A stretch of 64,000 bases of DNA from Candidatus Danuiimicrobium aquiferis (GCA_001804285.1 MHFR01000053.1:79857-143856), one strand, 5' to 3'; positions 1 to 15,000 are shown, numbered from the stretch's first letter. Made by a program: numbers and translations. Notes: generated by a model from the sequence alone, not told the origin.

Positions 1-3000
1 CGGATATCAACCATCGCAAACATCACCGTCAGCACGCTTGTATAAATTCCAACGACAAGAAGTCCGAACATCGAAAAAATCGAAAAAACGAACGCACCAA
101 GACCTAATTTTTTGCTTGCCAACGCATCTTCCACGCCTTCAAGGTCATTCCGTTTCAATGCCTGCATGAACTTTTTGTTTCTTTTTAGTTTTTCATAGAA
201 TTTTACAATCTCGTCGGGCGTTTTCTCCTCATAGATCCTTTTTTCTGTTTCTTGCCGTAGCCACTCTTCTTCGCGTGTTTCCGATCGTGCATATGTTTGA
301 ATAGTTTCCCGGATTTTTTGGGTACTAAAATCGGGGAAAAGGTCTTTGTCTTTTTGATACTGACTAAATTTTTCGCGCCCAAGTAGCACATTTAAATATT
401 GAATTAAGATTGCTTTCGACCCTGATTCCGTCACACCTCTCAATAAAAGATCCGTGACTAACACCGATTCAACGGATTCTCCCTGTCGAATATCGTTCAG
501 TAATTCATTCAGGATGCCGCGAATATTTCGGTTCGGATCGAAATCCTTATCAACAAGATACCGTTTTTGAAGCGCAAGTTTTTCCGTATCACTCCAATCT
601 GTATATTCACTGTAAATTTGATCGTACGCAAACGGCGATGTAAACATGAGCTGCAGGAAATCATTGACCGTTTCAATAATCAAACCGGCCGTACCCTTAT
701 CGCGATCCGGCATTGCTTTTATTTCCTGCGAAAATGCATCATTTTCTAAAACATGAAACACCTCTTCCATTAACATCCGGTGCGGATGTTGCGCTTTTCT
801 CAATTGTGTGCTCAAAGCAATCATTTTTCCGGTGTCTTCCGGGATCCCCAACACTTCGCGCAATTTTGCGGCGGTGATTCCGGCTTCTTTTGCAATGGCT
901 TCAAAATAATCTTTTGAAACGGTCACGCCCGGCAGAATCACGCCGGCGGCGTTCTTCCAAAACTGCTGATCAGCAAAAGTCAGCGGGGTTTGCGACAATA
1001 ATTTTTCTAAATAGTCTTTCCAGCGCGCTTTCTCGACGCCGCTGATTAAATCGAGAGGAAGTGTTAAGGTCGGAGAAATTAAGATCAAGAATGCCGGGTC
1101 GCCGGGTTTCACATTCTCAACAAGGTAAACAGATTCATTCGCTAATATTGTTTTCAAATCGTTACGGGAAGGAATTCCTTCAATGTCTTTCGTCTCGCCC
1201 AAACCGAACCACGATCCCATTCCCCGCACTTCCGAACGAACCTGTAAAAGAATTTCATTCCGTCTGGCTCTGACAAGAATATCAATCACCCAGTTTTTCT
1301 GAGGTAAACTCCAGTCAACACCGCGCGCTCCTCTGTAAATTCCATCAGCGCGCCTTGCATAAAGAATATCTTCCCGGGCTCTTAGGCTCCTAAGCAGTTT
1401 TGTTAAATTTTCCCGGTCTTTTTCGGCCAAAGATCCGAATCTCAAAGTCCGAATCGCTTCTCGTCTCAATTCTTCGCCGGTCATATTGATTAATTCATAT
1501 CGATACGTTTTTAGGGCCGATCCTGAAAATTCTGCCCTCACTTCGGCCCGGGCAGCAACAGGCGTTTTGATTTCCTCCACAATCCAGCCAACACTTTTCA
1601 CCAAATCTTTGGCTCTTTTAAACAAATCGTGATCCTCGGTAAGTACATTTCTGCCCTCTAAGAAAACTCCAAGATCCCCAACTAACGTTTCAAATTTCAA
1701 TAACTGTTCCGAAAGTTTTTGATGTAATGCCGTGAAATTGATGAGTTTCTCTAAATACGCCGTTTCCTCCGGGCTTAAAGCTCTCAGCTTTTCTTTTTCC
1801 GATATTCCCAGCGTATTAAAAATAGAAAAAATTTTATTAAATTCACCGTATCGAGCTATCCAAATTCGGCGTTCTTTTAAAATCGGATCAAATTCCGAAA
1901 TAAAATCGCGGGCCAGTTGAATGTTTGTTTTGAGATTAGTTAAAAGCTTATTGTCATTATCGTGATTGCCAATACTATGACTGCGAATCAAAGCTAAAAT
2001 GCTGGTCTCCGCTCCATCTATTAAAGTCTTAAATTGATGCATGATGAGTCCCACCATCATCTTCCGGACTTCGGCCGGGGGCATGTCCTGAACCGGCGAC
2101 CGCGCTTCGGCCCTCGATACACGCACTTTGGACCGTATCGAGGACAGGTCGCCCGCTTTGATTGATTCCTGCCCTGGCATTCCAAATTCGAGGCGGGCTT
2201 CCGCACGACTACTTGCCGGTGAAAAAGCGGAGAGTTCCTTGTCATCCAGATACAAGTCATCGCCCTGCGGCGTGGGGGCAACCGACCGCGCCTCGGCCCT
2301 GAATTTTGTGTCATCCCCGTGTACGCGGGGATCCAGCAGCTGCCCGCCAAAGGCGGATCCGCCCTTGGCGGAGATTCCCGCCTTTCCGCCCATCAGGACG
2401 GCGGATTCGCCAGTTTGTTGGGTGGACGCGGGAATGACAGAATCTTCTTCCTCTTCAATTTCTCTGATTTCTTCGAGCGCGGCGAGAATATCATTTTCGT
2501 CTATCAGCTGTTCCGGCATCATTTCATTACCCGTCGCGGCTACCGCTTTCAATGGTTTCGCCCGAACCGGCAGACTGACGTTAGGATCAACGGGACTTCG
2601 GATAATCCCGTCTTCCATAATTTTGACATTGTGAATTTCTTCTACGAAGGCTTGAATCGTTGTTTTAATGTTCCTTGCGGTAAAGTTTTGATCATCCAGT
2701 TTCGCAAAACGGCCGAGAAGATTTTCGAAGTTTTGATCGCGAAGATCGGCCGGACTCATCGCGAGCATCCGCCAAACCAATTTGAATTTTTCGCCGGACG
2801 ATACCTTGACAAGGCCGGGATGAGAAAGCAACCGGTTTAAAAAGTTCTGAAATTCCGTGTGATTATAGCGACGGACAATTTGATCACGGTACTGGCTTGT
2901 GTTTTTCCCGATCTCTTCTTTGATTTTGCTTTGAATCTGTTCAAGTGCTCTTCTCTCAGTCCCTTGTATTTCTCTGATCGTGCCCGAATTCTGATGGACA

Positions 3001-6000
3001 AAGGGAATTGTGTATTGATGATTCGGATTTTCATCGGAAAAATATTCCGCAAAATCAACAGCTCCGGCAATTAACTGAAGCCAGCCTGAAAAAAGTGCCT
3101 TCCATCCGGCATTTTGAAGCGCCGGCTGTCCGGCTTTTACCTGCTTTTCAACTTCATCGCTCCACGCCCCGGAGCGGGACCCCAGTGCCCCGCCCGAAGG
3201 AGTACTTGCCGCAACCGGCGGCAAGTGCGCCTCGCTCGAACGCGGCCCCGGAAGAGGCCTCAGCGCCTCATCTGGCGCAGTGCTCGATTCAACCGGAATC
3301 GAGCGCATTTCGTTCCGTGTCCCGGCAACCGCGACAGGCCTTGAAACACCGCCTGTTAAACGAGCTTCATCAAACAATTCTGTCCGCGTCTGTGCGGCAG
3401 ACTTACGGAATTCCTCCGCTACACGATCCCATAAAATCTGATCGTCAACCGTTTCGGTATCAGAAAAACCAAACCACTGTTTCAAACCGCTTCTCACCGC
3501 TTCATACAATCGAGGGTTTGCTTTTTGGTTGATATCAAATAATTCCTGCAACAACCGGCTTTCCGCCGGACCTGCTTGCGATAATAAATAACCCAAAACA
3601 AGGCCGATATAATGATTTGCAAACCGTTGAAGTCTGACGGGATCATCTGTGTCATGGCGCAAATAAACGCCGTTTTCGATTTCGGTCCTGATATTTTCGA
3701 CTGCGAGTTCCCCGGGACGGTCAAATCCAAACTGAATGGCATGATCAATCTCGCTGTCTGAAAACCCCGGCCGGAACATTTCCCGGATTTCGCTTCGTGT
3801 TCTATCTGCAAGCACACCCAATTCTCCGAAACTTCGGGTACGCCCGATGATATGATAAACGTCGCGGCCCGGAAGAATTTGCGCCAGTCGTCTGACCGCC
3901 TGAATCGCCTGTCTGGCTCCGTCTTTCTGATCAGGCCGAACATAGCCCAGCGCGGTGTCCAAAGACGCATTTCCAAAATTTGTATCGACTGTTCCGTTGG
4001 CCCGCAAATTCATTCCGAAATAAGCTTGAAGTTCCTCAAGCCCGTTCATTTCATCAACATCAGGACGTTCGATAGAAGGCTGATCGGTTTTTCCGCCGGC
4101 ACGGTGATGAATTGATTCGTGGAACTCGGTTTTTTTCATCGGTCTTTCAATCCGGCCACCGGGATGATTAATATTTTGCGTCAAAAATGCGTATGAACCG
4201 ACCGCGCGAAAATAATTTTCCTGAGTCCCGTCTAATGTCTGAATCCGTAAAGGTCCGTATGTACCGGGATCGTTCATGAAACCTTGCGTCGAGCTTGTCT
4301 GGAAAACTCCGTTTTCCCGTAAATATAAAACTGCTTCTGCCGTCAGATGAATGTATCCCGCGTAATGATCGCGGATCCCGTTGGCTTTGAGAAAATCAGC
4401 GCCGATTTCCGGAAATTCGGAAAGTTTTTGGACTCCAATTTCGCATCCTTGGAATACATCGATTTCAGTCTCTGACGGTTCCCGATTTAACATCGTATGC
4501 GCAATAAGCCTGACTCGCTCGCGCGGAGTCATCCGGGAAAGTTGTTTCGAAGCGCGTAGACCGTCTTGATTGATTTTTTTCATCCGGGTCCGGACATTAA
4601 TGGCCTCGCGGACCGTAATTTGCTGGGAAGGAATTTGCGTAGCCGGTTTTGTCTGCAGGGTAGACGATGCCGAAGCTGATTTGGAAGAAGCAGGCGGTGC
4701 GAGGTCGGATGCGGTATGCGTTACGGGAGAAAGGCTCTTGATCGCTTGCGCGAGCGCGGCCGGATCGTTCTTCAGGGCCGGCGTCCGGGCCACAAGCGCC
4801 TGAGCCGCAATTAAAATATTCAAAAATCCATGAATCCGGTCAAGTTCAGCCTGTGTTTGTGCGGACAGAACGCCAAGAGCGCCCGCTTGATCCGAAGCAA
4901 TAATAATAACCAGTTCGCCTGTTTGCGGATGCCTGGCCAATTGATACCGGTAACCGCCCGCTCTCAATTCGTTCCCGGAAACACCATCGATAAAATCCAA
5001 ATCATCAATCATGTCAAATAAAATACCGGCCGCCGCTTGAAGTTCGGCCCTGACCATGTCGGCTCCCAACGGGCCCGCTCCCGGCATCGCCATAATCCGC
5101 GCTTCGGAGCGCTCATCAAGTGGTGTTTGAGCCGCTTGAGGACCAGTTTCCTGTACTTCTGTTAGAACTCTGGCCCGCATCCCAAGACTTACCGCACTTC
5201 CATCAGGAGCGAACTCAAATACGAAATGTCCTTGGCCATCTTTTACCGCTCGGCCTTCCGCTGACCGCTTAATGCCGTAGACAGACTTTACAGCAGAGTC
5301 TATCTTTCTTCCGTCGTCATCAAGCAAGATTAAATCTCTCCCATCAAACTCGTACCGATTACCACTTTCTCCGTCCTCTATTCGATCCCCTTTCTGCAAT
5401 CCTCGAAGCAATTCAATCCCCGATTGGCGGGCTTCTTCTATCGCTTGATTCGCTGCCTGCGTCTTTTTTACGCCTTGCGCAATCAGCTCATCCCTTCGTT
5501 TCGTTGTACGATCATCCCCGTCAAATTGCGCCCCCTGAAGAACGCGCGATGTTCCAGCGCCAGGCACTTCTGAACGACCGCCGGCATCCGCAGGAACCAT
5601 TTCACTATTTGGAAAAACTAAAATCTTGACTGCCTCACTTCCCCAATCCTGCCCTATGCGGGCCGGCATTAATGCCCCATCGGACGGATACCAATTATAA
5701 TAAGGCATAAAAAACATTTTCCCGATACTGAGTTTCCCCAGCACTTGAATATTTTCAGGATGAACTAAGTAATATCCCCCTGGCCGCCCTCTCATCCAAA
5801 CTTTAAATCTCCCGTCGGCTGTGCGTTCAAGTACATACTCTAAATCATGCGTAGAAGAACGAATCAACACCTGGTCACCCGGTTTCAAACTATCAAGATC
5901 AAGTTCGTTGACCTCTCGTCCTTTATTTTCATCAAGCTCGGGAGTTGGCTCCGTCAAACTTCCTCTCGGATGTAACGGATTCTCCGGCTCATCACGCATT

Positions 6001-9000
6001 TCCTTCTGAGCGGGCATCGCGGCTACCGAGGATGTCTTGACCGGTGCAACCACATCCGTTTTTGTGGAACCCGGTAAAGGCCCCGCCTTACTCTTGGCCT
6101 GATCCGCCAACTTTTTCACCAATTCACGCCGGATGGCTTCCAGTATTTTTCTTTGTTCCGCCATTGTTGTTCCAAAGGCTTTGGATGGTTCTGGATATTT
6201 TTCTAAGGCTTTTATTATCACCTGGAAAATTTTCGCCAACGTGCCCCATATCGTGAGATCCTGATGCTTCATAACGTATAGATAACCATCAAAATCGCTT
6301 AGCGAAATATCCTGAATATTACTCATGAGATCATCTGCGACCTTCGCTGCCAAATCGTTATATTCAGCCGAAATACTCTCCCCGGATGAAAATGCACTCA
6401 GAATTTCTTCGATCTTTTTCGCATAACGCCCGGCCACTCTGTTTGAAGCACTATGAAGTTGCTCTCGCACATCTGTTAAATCACCCCTGCTTTGCGCAAC
6501 ACGAATAAAATTAATAACGGCCCAGGCAAAAGCAACTTGCGGATCATTGGCTTCTATTGTTTGCTGCTGCAATTCGTTTAACAATTTTTCTATATCCCGG
6601 AGATCACCTTCCGAAACAGTTTTTCCCTGCAATGCCAGAGCTGCAGCCAATAGTCCCTCAAGCATTCTTTCCATCTTGCGGGCAGTTTCCGGATTAGATT
6701 GCGTCCTGTTTTGAGATGCTAACGGCAGCACAACTTCAGCAGTTTTTGTTGCTTCTGCGGTAGATGATTTTTCTTCCACTCCTCCATCTTTATTGCCAAG
6801 AGATTCCTTCTCCCACTCTCCGGCTTGATTTTTCCGATGCGCAACCAAATTACCATCCGAATCGATTTCAAGGAAGCCTCGTCCTCCCCCGTATCTTTCA
6901 TAAAGACCCACATCGACATTGACGCGCGATGCATTCGGGCTGGCAACAACGGGTGAATCCGCCTCTGGCGTGTGACCGAAAATTTGCCTCATTTTCCCTG
7001 CATCGACCGAGTCCATCACCCCGCGATTCCAAAAGATTCCATCCTCCCCAAAAATGGCGTGAGAGAAATTCTTGCCTGAAATCGCCTGCTTCAATATTTC
7101 ATTAATATGGTCAGCTATTTGTTTTTCGGTCACCTGCGAAGGATCAATGCCCAACTTTTGAGCAATCTCCTTAATCAACTGTTTCCTTATCTTCGATCTA
7201 GCTCCCGCATGCGTAAACACCTCTCCATGAAGCTGTTCGGCCGCTTTCAAATGATCATTCATAATGTCCTCTAACATTTGATCAACTATTTCTCCATAAA
7301 CTTCTCTAATGGCAGCCCGAAATCTTTGTGGATCGTCGCGAAATTCTTCAAACACGGCTCTTTGCTCCGTGGGCAAATTACGCCACCACATAAATAGCGC
7401 ATCATCGTCACCCAACATGCCCTCTAACAACATCAATTCATGATTCCCAATTAAACGCACAACATCCCCGCCGGCCTGTTGCGCTTGCCTTTTAAGACGC
7501 CTCAAGAATTCAATCGCCTCTTTTGATTTCGGCCCGCGATCAATCACATCTCCGACTTGCACAAAAACAGCGTCTCCGCCAATCCAATTTCCGTTTTCAT
7601 CAATCAATCCCGCCTGTCGCAAATCTTCTTTTAAGCCATCCAATTCTCCGTGAACATCGCCATGCACAACCATTCGAGGTTGTTTTTTGGGTATTTGTCT
7701 TTTTTCCGCAGGTTGTCGCGTGCCTTCTGCGAATTTTTCAGTTGAAGGAACTGCTATTTCTTCACCTGTCTTGCGCACTTCAGAACGCCTGCCTGCCGTC
7801 TGTGTGGCGGGGGCGGCGGGTAGCACTTCCCTAAACATTTCGCGCAATCTGTCCGACTGTTCTTGTAATGCCGCTTTCAAGTTCGGATCCTCGTCAGCCG
7901 GAATAAGTGACGGAAGCGCTTCATAACCGGCAATGAGCTGTCCAAACATATCCGCATTTTCAATTCCCATTTGTTCTAAATTAAGCCCCGCCGTTAACGC
8001 TGCATCGATTTCATCTCGCAGATTCCGGCCGACATCAACCGCTTCTTTTTGAACATTTTCACCGGCGGCTGCACGATCCTTCAACGCCTGCGCGCGTTTG
8101 GCATAATCAACAGCACAGGCGGAACATGAGGTCAAGATTGCTACAATCTCGGGCGCAATTTCATTCAACTGGCTTCCGAATTTCCGGAGAAGCGCTTCCA
8201 ATATTTTTGCCTTATAGTCATTCCGTTCAGCCCCGTGAAGCGGCCCGCCCTCGGAAACGAGCGCGCTCAGTTCCGCCCGCACTTCAGACCGGCTTAATTC
8301 ATCCGAATGTTCGATTTTACCAATGATGCCCTGCGTCGCTTGATCTGCTGTTTGATCCCCGACATAATCTTTCAATGCATTTAAATACATCGCCAAAAAC
8401 GAATCCATAATCTGACCCGGATCTTCGACAATCAGCTCTTCCAATTCTTGCGCATGCTCAAAAACACTTTCGGGAACGCCTTTCGTCAAAAATTGGCTTA
8501 GCGTCACTCCGGCCAAATGTGGCGCAAAACGATGCGGCCCAAAGTCTGTCGCCTTACGGAATTGGGCCAACCGCTCGGGAGTAAGCGTCCTGACCAAGAA
8601 CTCAGCCGCCAATCCGATCTCAAACAACCTTTTCATAATTCTGAGGTGAGCCAATCGTTGTGCTTTCATCCGCGCCTCTAACGCGGAAATCACTTGCTCG
8701 ATTTGCGTTTTACTCTCTTCATACAAGTCCGCATATTCGATCTTTAACTGCCGGTATTGAGCTAAAAGTGCTCCGTCTTTTTCTGACAACCGCGCCGAGA
8801 GAAATTTGCCGTACTCAATTAAAGCGGCACCCAACAAATCAAATAATTTTTTCAAGGCAAAATTTTGGGTGGAAATATTTTCAAAATAATCTTCGCCGAA
8901 TAATAGGACGCCCGAATGTTTTGCGGAAATCATCCGGTTCATCTCGTTGTTAAATTGCGCGGAAGGTTTGGCTTTGCCGGCCCCCATCACTTTGATTTCT

Positions 9001-12000
9001 AACTTGCCCGTTTGCCAATCAGAATCGCCAAAGATTTCCCGCTTTTCTTCATCGGTTAGATGGATATCAACACTTTCTTCAATATTGTCCTCTACAATAA
9101 TGAGGATATCCATATCTTGCGCATTATAATGATCAAACCCCGCAATGGTCCCGGGGCCCCAAATGTAACTGCCTTTAACGTTGATCGCGAGAATTTTGTG
9201 GCCGATCTTCTTCCTTAGAAAAGCCGGCAACCGCTCGCGGATAATTTCGATGCGGCCTCTTACTTCGTCTTTGGCTTCATCCGTCAGGCCGTGCCAATAC
9301 CAGTTCCGTTTTTCCAAATCTTGTTCAATGTCTTTCATCGGACGGCCGATTTCGCGCTCTTGCGGGCTTCTCCCTTTAAGGCGAGGCGCCATATACCGGT
9401 CGTGCTCCGGCATGTCTATCAATTGACTGAGTTGATCGTCCAACGCAGCGCGCAAAATAAAATCCTTATCTCCGTCCAACAAAGTCATGAGCGCTTGATA
9501 CCCTCGCTCAAGCTGTCCAAACATATTAAGATTCTGAATCCCCATCTGTGACAGCGTCAGGCCGGCTTTGAGCGCCGCCTCTATTTCCGTTTTTAAACTT
9601 TGAGCGATATCAAGAACTTCGCCGTGAACATCTTCCCCTTGGCCCGCCCGTTTGGCTAAATCCGATGCCCGGTTCGCATAATTCACGGCGCAGGAGGAGC
9701 ATGAGGTAAGAATTTCCGCAATCGCCGGCGCAACGTCAGTCAGTCGAGACCCAAACCGCTCGATCATTTCATTTAAAATTTGCGCTTTTAAATCATTATG
9801 CTTTTCACCGCGAAGTTCGCCTCTCGCCCCCACTAACAACCCCAACTCCGCTTCCAATTCCGGAAGATCCGATTCCTCTGCCTGCCTAATCCGTTCGAGC
9901 ATCTCCCTCGCAGCAATTTCGGCACTGAACACTTTTTCGAGCACCGCCTTGATTCGATTGGAATCACTCAATCCTCTTTCCGCGATTTTACGAACCATCT
10001 CGTCATAAGTTGCCTCGTCTTTATCTGCTTCCAATTCATTCAGTTCTTTTATGATTTCATTTTCCGCCATAAACCTTTCATAATCCCCTGAGGTTTGATA
10101 GCCGGAATCAAACTTAACTTCTTCTGCCTCAACCAAGTAAACTTTTTTTCCGTTTTTACGCGCATTTTCCATTCCGATGGCACCGATTTTTTTCAGCTCA
10201 TCCGCGCTCACTTCTCTCAGTTTAAGGTTCTTCAAACGGATGGCGTGTTCGTTTGTATGGACATTGACATAAATAGCATTCGGATCGGCTCCGATATGCT
10301 TCTCTGCGTCCGGATTGATCTCAAAAGAAAATACAATAATGTCACCGGTCGGCAATTGAAGACCTTCCCCCCCATCGTAAGAAAGAAGGGGCACTTGAGA
10401 CGCATAAACACCCTCACCAAAGGCGTTTGCAACCCCCGGGTAAATTACAATTTCTCCGCCTTCGACAATTTTCGACTTATCAATCCCGGAAACGTGATAG
10501 ACTGTTTTATTCCGACCGGATAAGAAATCGATTGCACGCATTAATTGATTTCTATACTCATCTTCCATGTTTGTTGCTATTTGAACCAAGGACTCCAGTT
10601 CCTTCGCTAATTCATCAACAGGCATTGTGTTATACGTATTAAGTAAAATTTCTAATTGCACGTGAGCGCGCAAACCCTTCAATTTTCGCTCAACCCGAGC
10701 CGCGTCTTCGCCTCGTCCCGTGCTTTGGTAGTATTCAATTAATTCCTTATATTTAGCCTCAGCCCCCGGCCAATCCCAGTTTTCGCCGCGCGTTTTCGTC
10801 GCCTGTCGATCCGCAATTTTTTCAATATTAGCGAAAATGCGCTCCAATTGCGCTGCCTTCTCTCTGGCCATTTGGGTTCGCAAAGCAGTTAGTTGCGTCT
10901 GCAATTCGGTTTTTAATTTTACATCCAACCCTTCGATTCCGTCGAGCGCAAGGTACCCTGCAATGAGCTGATCAAGCACGCCTGATGTTTCAATTCCCAT
11001 TTGAGGGAGTGACAATCCGGCTGCCAATGCCGCTCCGATTTCTGATTTTAAATTCTCCGCGACTTCGCGGGCTTCTGTCGCCACATTTTCGCCGGCGGCT
11101 GCACGATCCTTCAATTCCTGTGCGCGTTTGGCATAATCAACAGCACAAGATGAACAGGAAGTCAGAATATCTTCAATCGCCGGTGCAATTTCCGAAAGTT
11201 GATCTCCAAATTTTTCAACAAGCGCTCGCAAAATTTCCGCTTTTTGATCATTCGCTTCTTCGCCGCGAAGCGCACCGCCTTCTTTCACAAGCTCTCTGAG
11301 TTCCGCTTCAATGGATATAAGGTCCGCCTCATTTGCTTTTTTAATCCGATCGATCATCTGATCGGCAGCCACTTGCGCTACCGTCATTCGTTCTGCAAGG
11401 CGGCTGTCACTCATTGTTTTCAAAGCACCCTGAGAACCCGACTCTGCAGAAGATAGAGCCGCCATAATTGCCGGCGAAATCCCTGAAAGCGCCTGGCCGA
11501 ATTTTTCTTTGAGTGCATTTAAAATTTGTGCCCGGCGGTCGATTTGCTGACCACCAGAAAAATACGCCTTTAAAAAATAGTCTAATTTCTTTTGAAATTC
11601 GTCTAATCGATCTTGTTGTAATGTCTGGATTTCCTTGACGAGTTCCGCAACTTTTGCATCCAGCTCACGATCGGGATAGGAAATACCGTTCGCAATTTCT
11701 GTTCCGTTTGAGTCATAGAGCTGATATTCCACCTTCTTTGAGACATCGCGCTCCATCGGCCCGGTCGCTCGAACCACAAAGCCATTTTCGGAAAGAATTT
11801 GTCCCAACCTCGGAATGGCTTTCTTTGCGTCTTCCGCGGTATAATATTTTGTATAGATACCGTCAATCAGCACATTCGCCACAATAACCATATCGACTTT
11901 CCCCACAAGGTCGGCACGGCCGGCATTTTTCAAGCCTTCGTTCACATGAAATGCATCCGCAAGCGCGAATTCCATTTGAATTCCGGGCAAGGTTTCTTTC

Positions 12001-15000
12001 GATAATTGTTTGCGCGCAGAATCAATATATTGTCGGTTGTTATCAAATCCGATCATGACAACGTTCCCATATCCGGAATCCCGGAGAGAACGCGCAAGAT
12101 CAAAGGTCGTGGGCGCACCTTTTTTCCCGATTCCGTAATCGGCAATGACCAGTAAATCATTTTTGGACTTTCCCTGCTGCCGGCGCAGTTCCTCAACGCG
12201 AGCGATCATATCCCGATGAAGGGGCGACAAACGTCCCTGCCATGTCACCCCGGGTGTTTGATCAGAAAGCGAATCTTTTTCACCGACGAGCCGGACAAGT
12301 TCATCAAGACGGGCCCTTAACCGGCTTAATACATCCGCAGATTCAATTCCAAACAGTTGCGAATTTTTCAAAATCTGGTCATAAAGATCGCGGGCAGCCT
12401 CCAATTTTCCTTCTTCGGCCAATTGATTCGCTTGTGTCACATTTTGAATATTCAACGGGTAATCTGCCGGCACAGGTGCTTCAGTCTCACTCGCATTAAT
12501 GTCATCCCCACGAAAGTGGGGATCCAACTGGATTCCCGCCTTCGCGGGAATGACAGAATTCCGGACTTCGGCACGTTTGGCTAACATTTTGTCCGCCAAA
12601 GTACTCTCGCGCGTTCCGATTAATACCTGGTGAGAACCACTTTCAAGGTTACGCGCTTCGGAGCGAACAGCCTCAGTAGCCCTTGTTTCTGCTCCTTCCA
12701 CCAATTTAAACGGAGCAATCGCCGGAATTTTGACTGGAATACTGATCGCAAAGGTGGTGCTTTTTTCTTTTTTTCCTGTTTCCGGATTAATCACCTCACC
12801 CGAATCAATTTCAAGAACACCGTTATATTTCCCGATAACAGCGCGAACATTTTGAAGTCCCTGCCCCCTCCCCAAGGCCCCTTTCGTTGTCAGCGGAATC
12901 CCGCTCCGGATCTGCCGCAAAACATCCGCAGACATTCCTTTTCCGTTATCTTTCGCAACTAATCGAATCGATTGTTTTCCTTCTTCCGAAAGTTCGAATG
13001 TCGCTGAAATTTGAATTTCAAAATCGTCTTGTCCTGCCTTTTTTGCATCCCGTGCATTCTGAATTAAATTCGTCAGCAACACATCCAAATCCATCACGGC
13101 AAGCCCTGAATCCAACCCGATCTCCCAAGTCATTCTGACATACGGTTCTCGCCTTGCCCAATTAAGCAAAATGTTTAATTCCTCTTCTTGCGGCAATCTC
13201 TGACCTGTTTCCAGTCTTTCAAGCGTGTCCGCAAATCTTTTTGTTTCGTCGAGCGCACGCTCTGTCCAATCAATATATAGTTGGTCGTTCTCCTCGCTTT
13301 GAATCTGGTATTTTTTCATGAGCGTTAAAACAGCTTCGCCAAATTGCTCTGCTTCCCGGATTGCCTGCTTCGTCACCTCGATTAACACGATTAAATCGTC
13401 TATATATTCCGGCTGAAAATGGGTTTCTGTATTAACCGAACTGATCGTCTGCAACAGCATTCTTCCGTAATCAATCGCCTGAGCGCCTTTTGGTTTGAGC
13501 TCTTCATATCGGGCTCTGTCTTCCGGCGAAAGCGCCTTCTTCTCAAATCCGAAATAACGCATATTGGTAGCGGCCTTCCAAATATGACTTAAACGATGGG
13601 TAAAATCTCTTTGCGGCCAGCTCATATATTCGATAATTTCTCTCAACCGAACCTCATTTGCTCGAAGCGCTGCATTTTTATATTGATCCCGTTCGGTTTC
13701 GGGAACCAACGTATCAATCAATTGTTTAAACCGGTCTTTGGGTGTGACAATTATTGAAGGACTTTCAGCCACCGTTGTCCGGCTCTCCGATCTTGCTGTC
13801 TGCTGGACTTGACCTTCCCGCAGTTCCGAACGAGAAGTCTGTTTTTTCTGCCACTCATCAAGGTTAATCACCATTGTGTATAATTTTTTTCCATCCACCG
13901 TGTCTATTGAAGAAACTACCCGTGCAGTATGATAACGCCAAAGCTTGCGGCCCTGTTCTGTCACCGAATTAATTTGAACCTCCGTCAACCCCATGGTCAC
14001 GAACCGCTCAAGAAAACGGATTGCCAATTCATTTGCGACGGTTGTGCTTCTGCCCGCTAATTCGATGGGAAACGAACGTGCCGAATGAATTTGTCCTTTA
14101 GCAATGACGTGTTCTGGCTTTTTGGGATCAACCGCATATTCATAACGATGAGCGCCTACAAGTTCGCCCGAAGGTGTTTCAATATAGTCAACAAAAGTAT
14201 TCGGACGCAGACCTTTTAAACGGTCACGTTCGAAACCAAGAAAATCATTGACCCGATCAAAAAGAAATTGATTATCAACCTCTCCAATTTTCCAGCCACC
14301 TTGATCGCTCGTGCGCGCCTCCGTCCTTGGTTGAGCGGTCAGATCAGTCAAGGACGGAGCGCCGGTTGTTTTGATTAAATTCGCTTGGGAATTATTTTTT
14401 TCGAAGCGCTGCTCCGAACGGAATTCAGATCGCGGAAGTTTTTGGATGGCCCGGCAGTAAAAATTTTCTGCCGCGGGCGCCGCGGAAAAATTTCCATCGA
14501 CAATGTCAGAATTATGATCAATAAATTGAATTTCATTCGTATCGTTTTCAAACGCCGGTAAAAGGCTTAACGAGGCATCCTCTAAAATAAAGTGGACCTC
14601 ATTTAATATTTGAGCCGCCAGGACAGCGGCCGGATTGCTTTGTTTTTCTTCCTCCGCAAGGGCCGCTGCTATTTCGAGTCTTTTTAGAACACGGTTTTTG
14701 TTTTTGAGAATGCTTTGTCCGTTTACCGATAATGAAATTTGATCTCCGTCAATCTCGAGCAGGTTTAATTGATTGAACAGCAAATCATAAAGAGCTTGAA
14801 CGGTCTTTTCTTGTTTTAAAACTTGTTGGCCGGATTCGGTGAAAGAAAATGTCCGTCTGAGCAAATCTTCAGCTGTGTCGGGAGAAGACGCAAGCAACAT
14901 ATCTATCATCCTATTTTCTCCAGTTCCTATCGGATTTGCCGCGTCCGGAGCTTCAACAGCAACCATCTTGAGAATCTCCATACGCTCGGGAGTTTCCGGG

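Larger units (their letters stand above)
7915..11340 (-). repeat. Three ~130-aa CxxC-containing helical repeats in the giant protein (~10950-11340, ~9495-9890, ~7915-8310)
   Basis: ILTSCS[S/A]CAV[D/N]YA[K/N]RA..L..RA..GE.V...AAL.AGL.L.QMGI; CxxC cores at 11145-11159, 9690-9704, 8115-8129. Confidence 0.92.
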
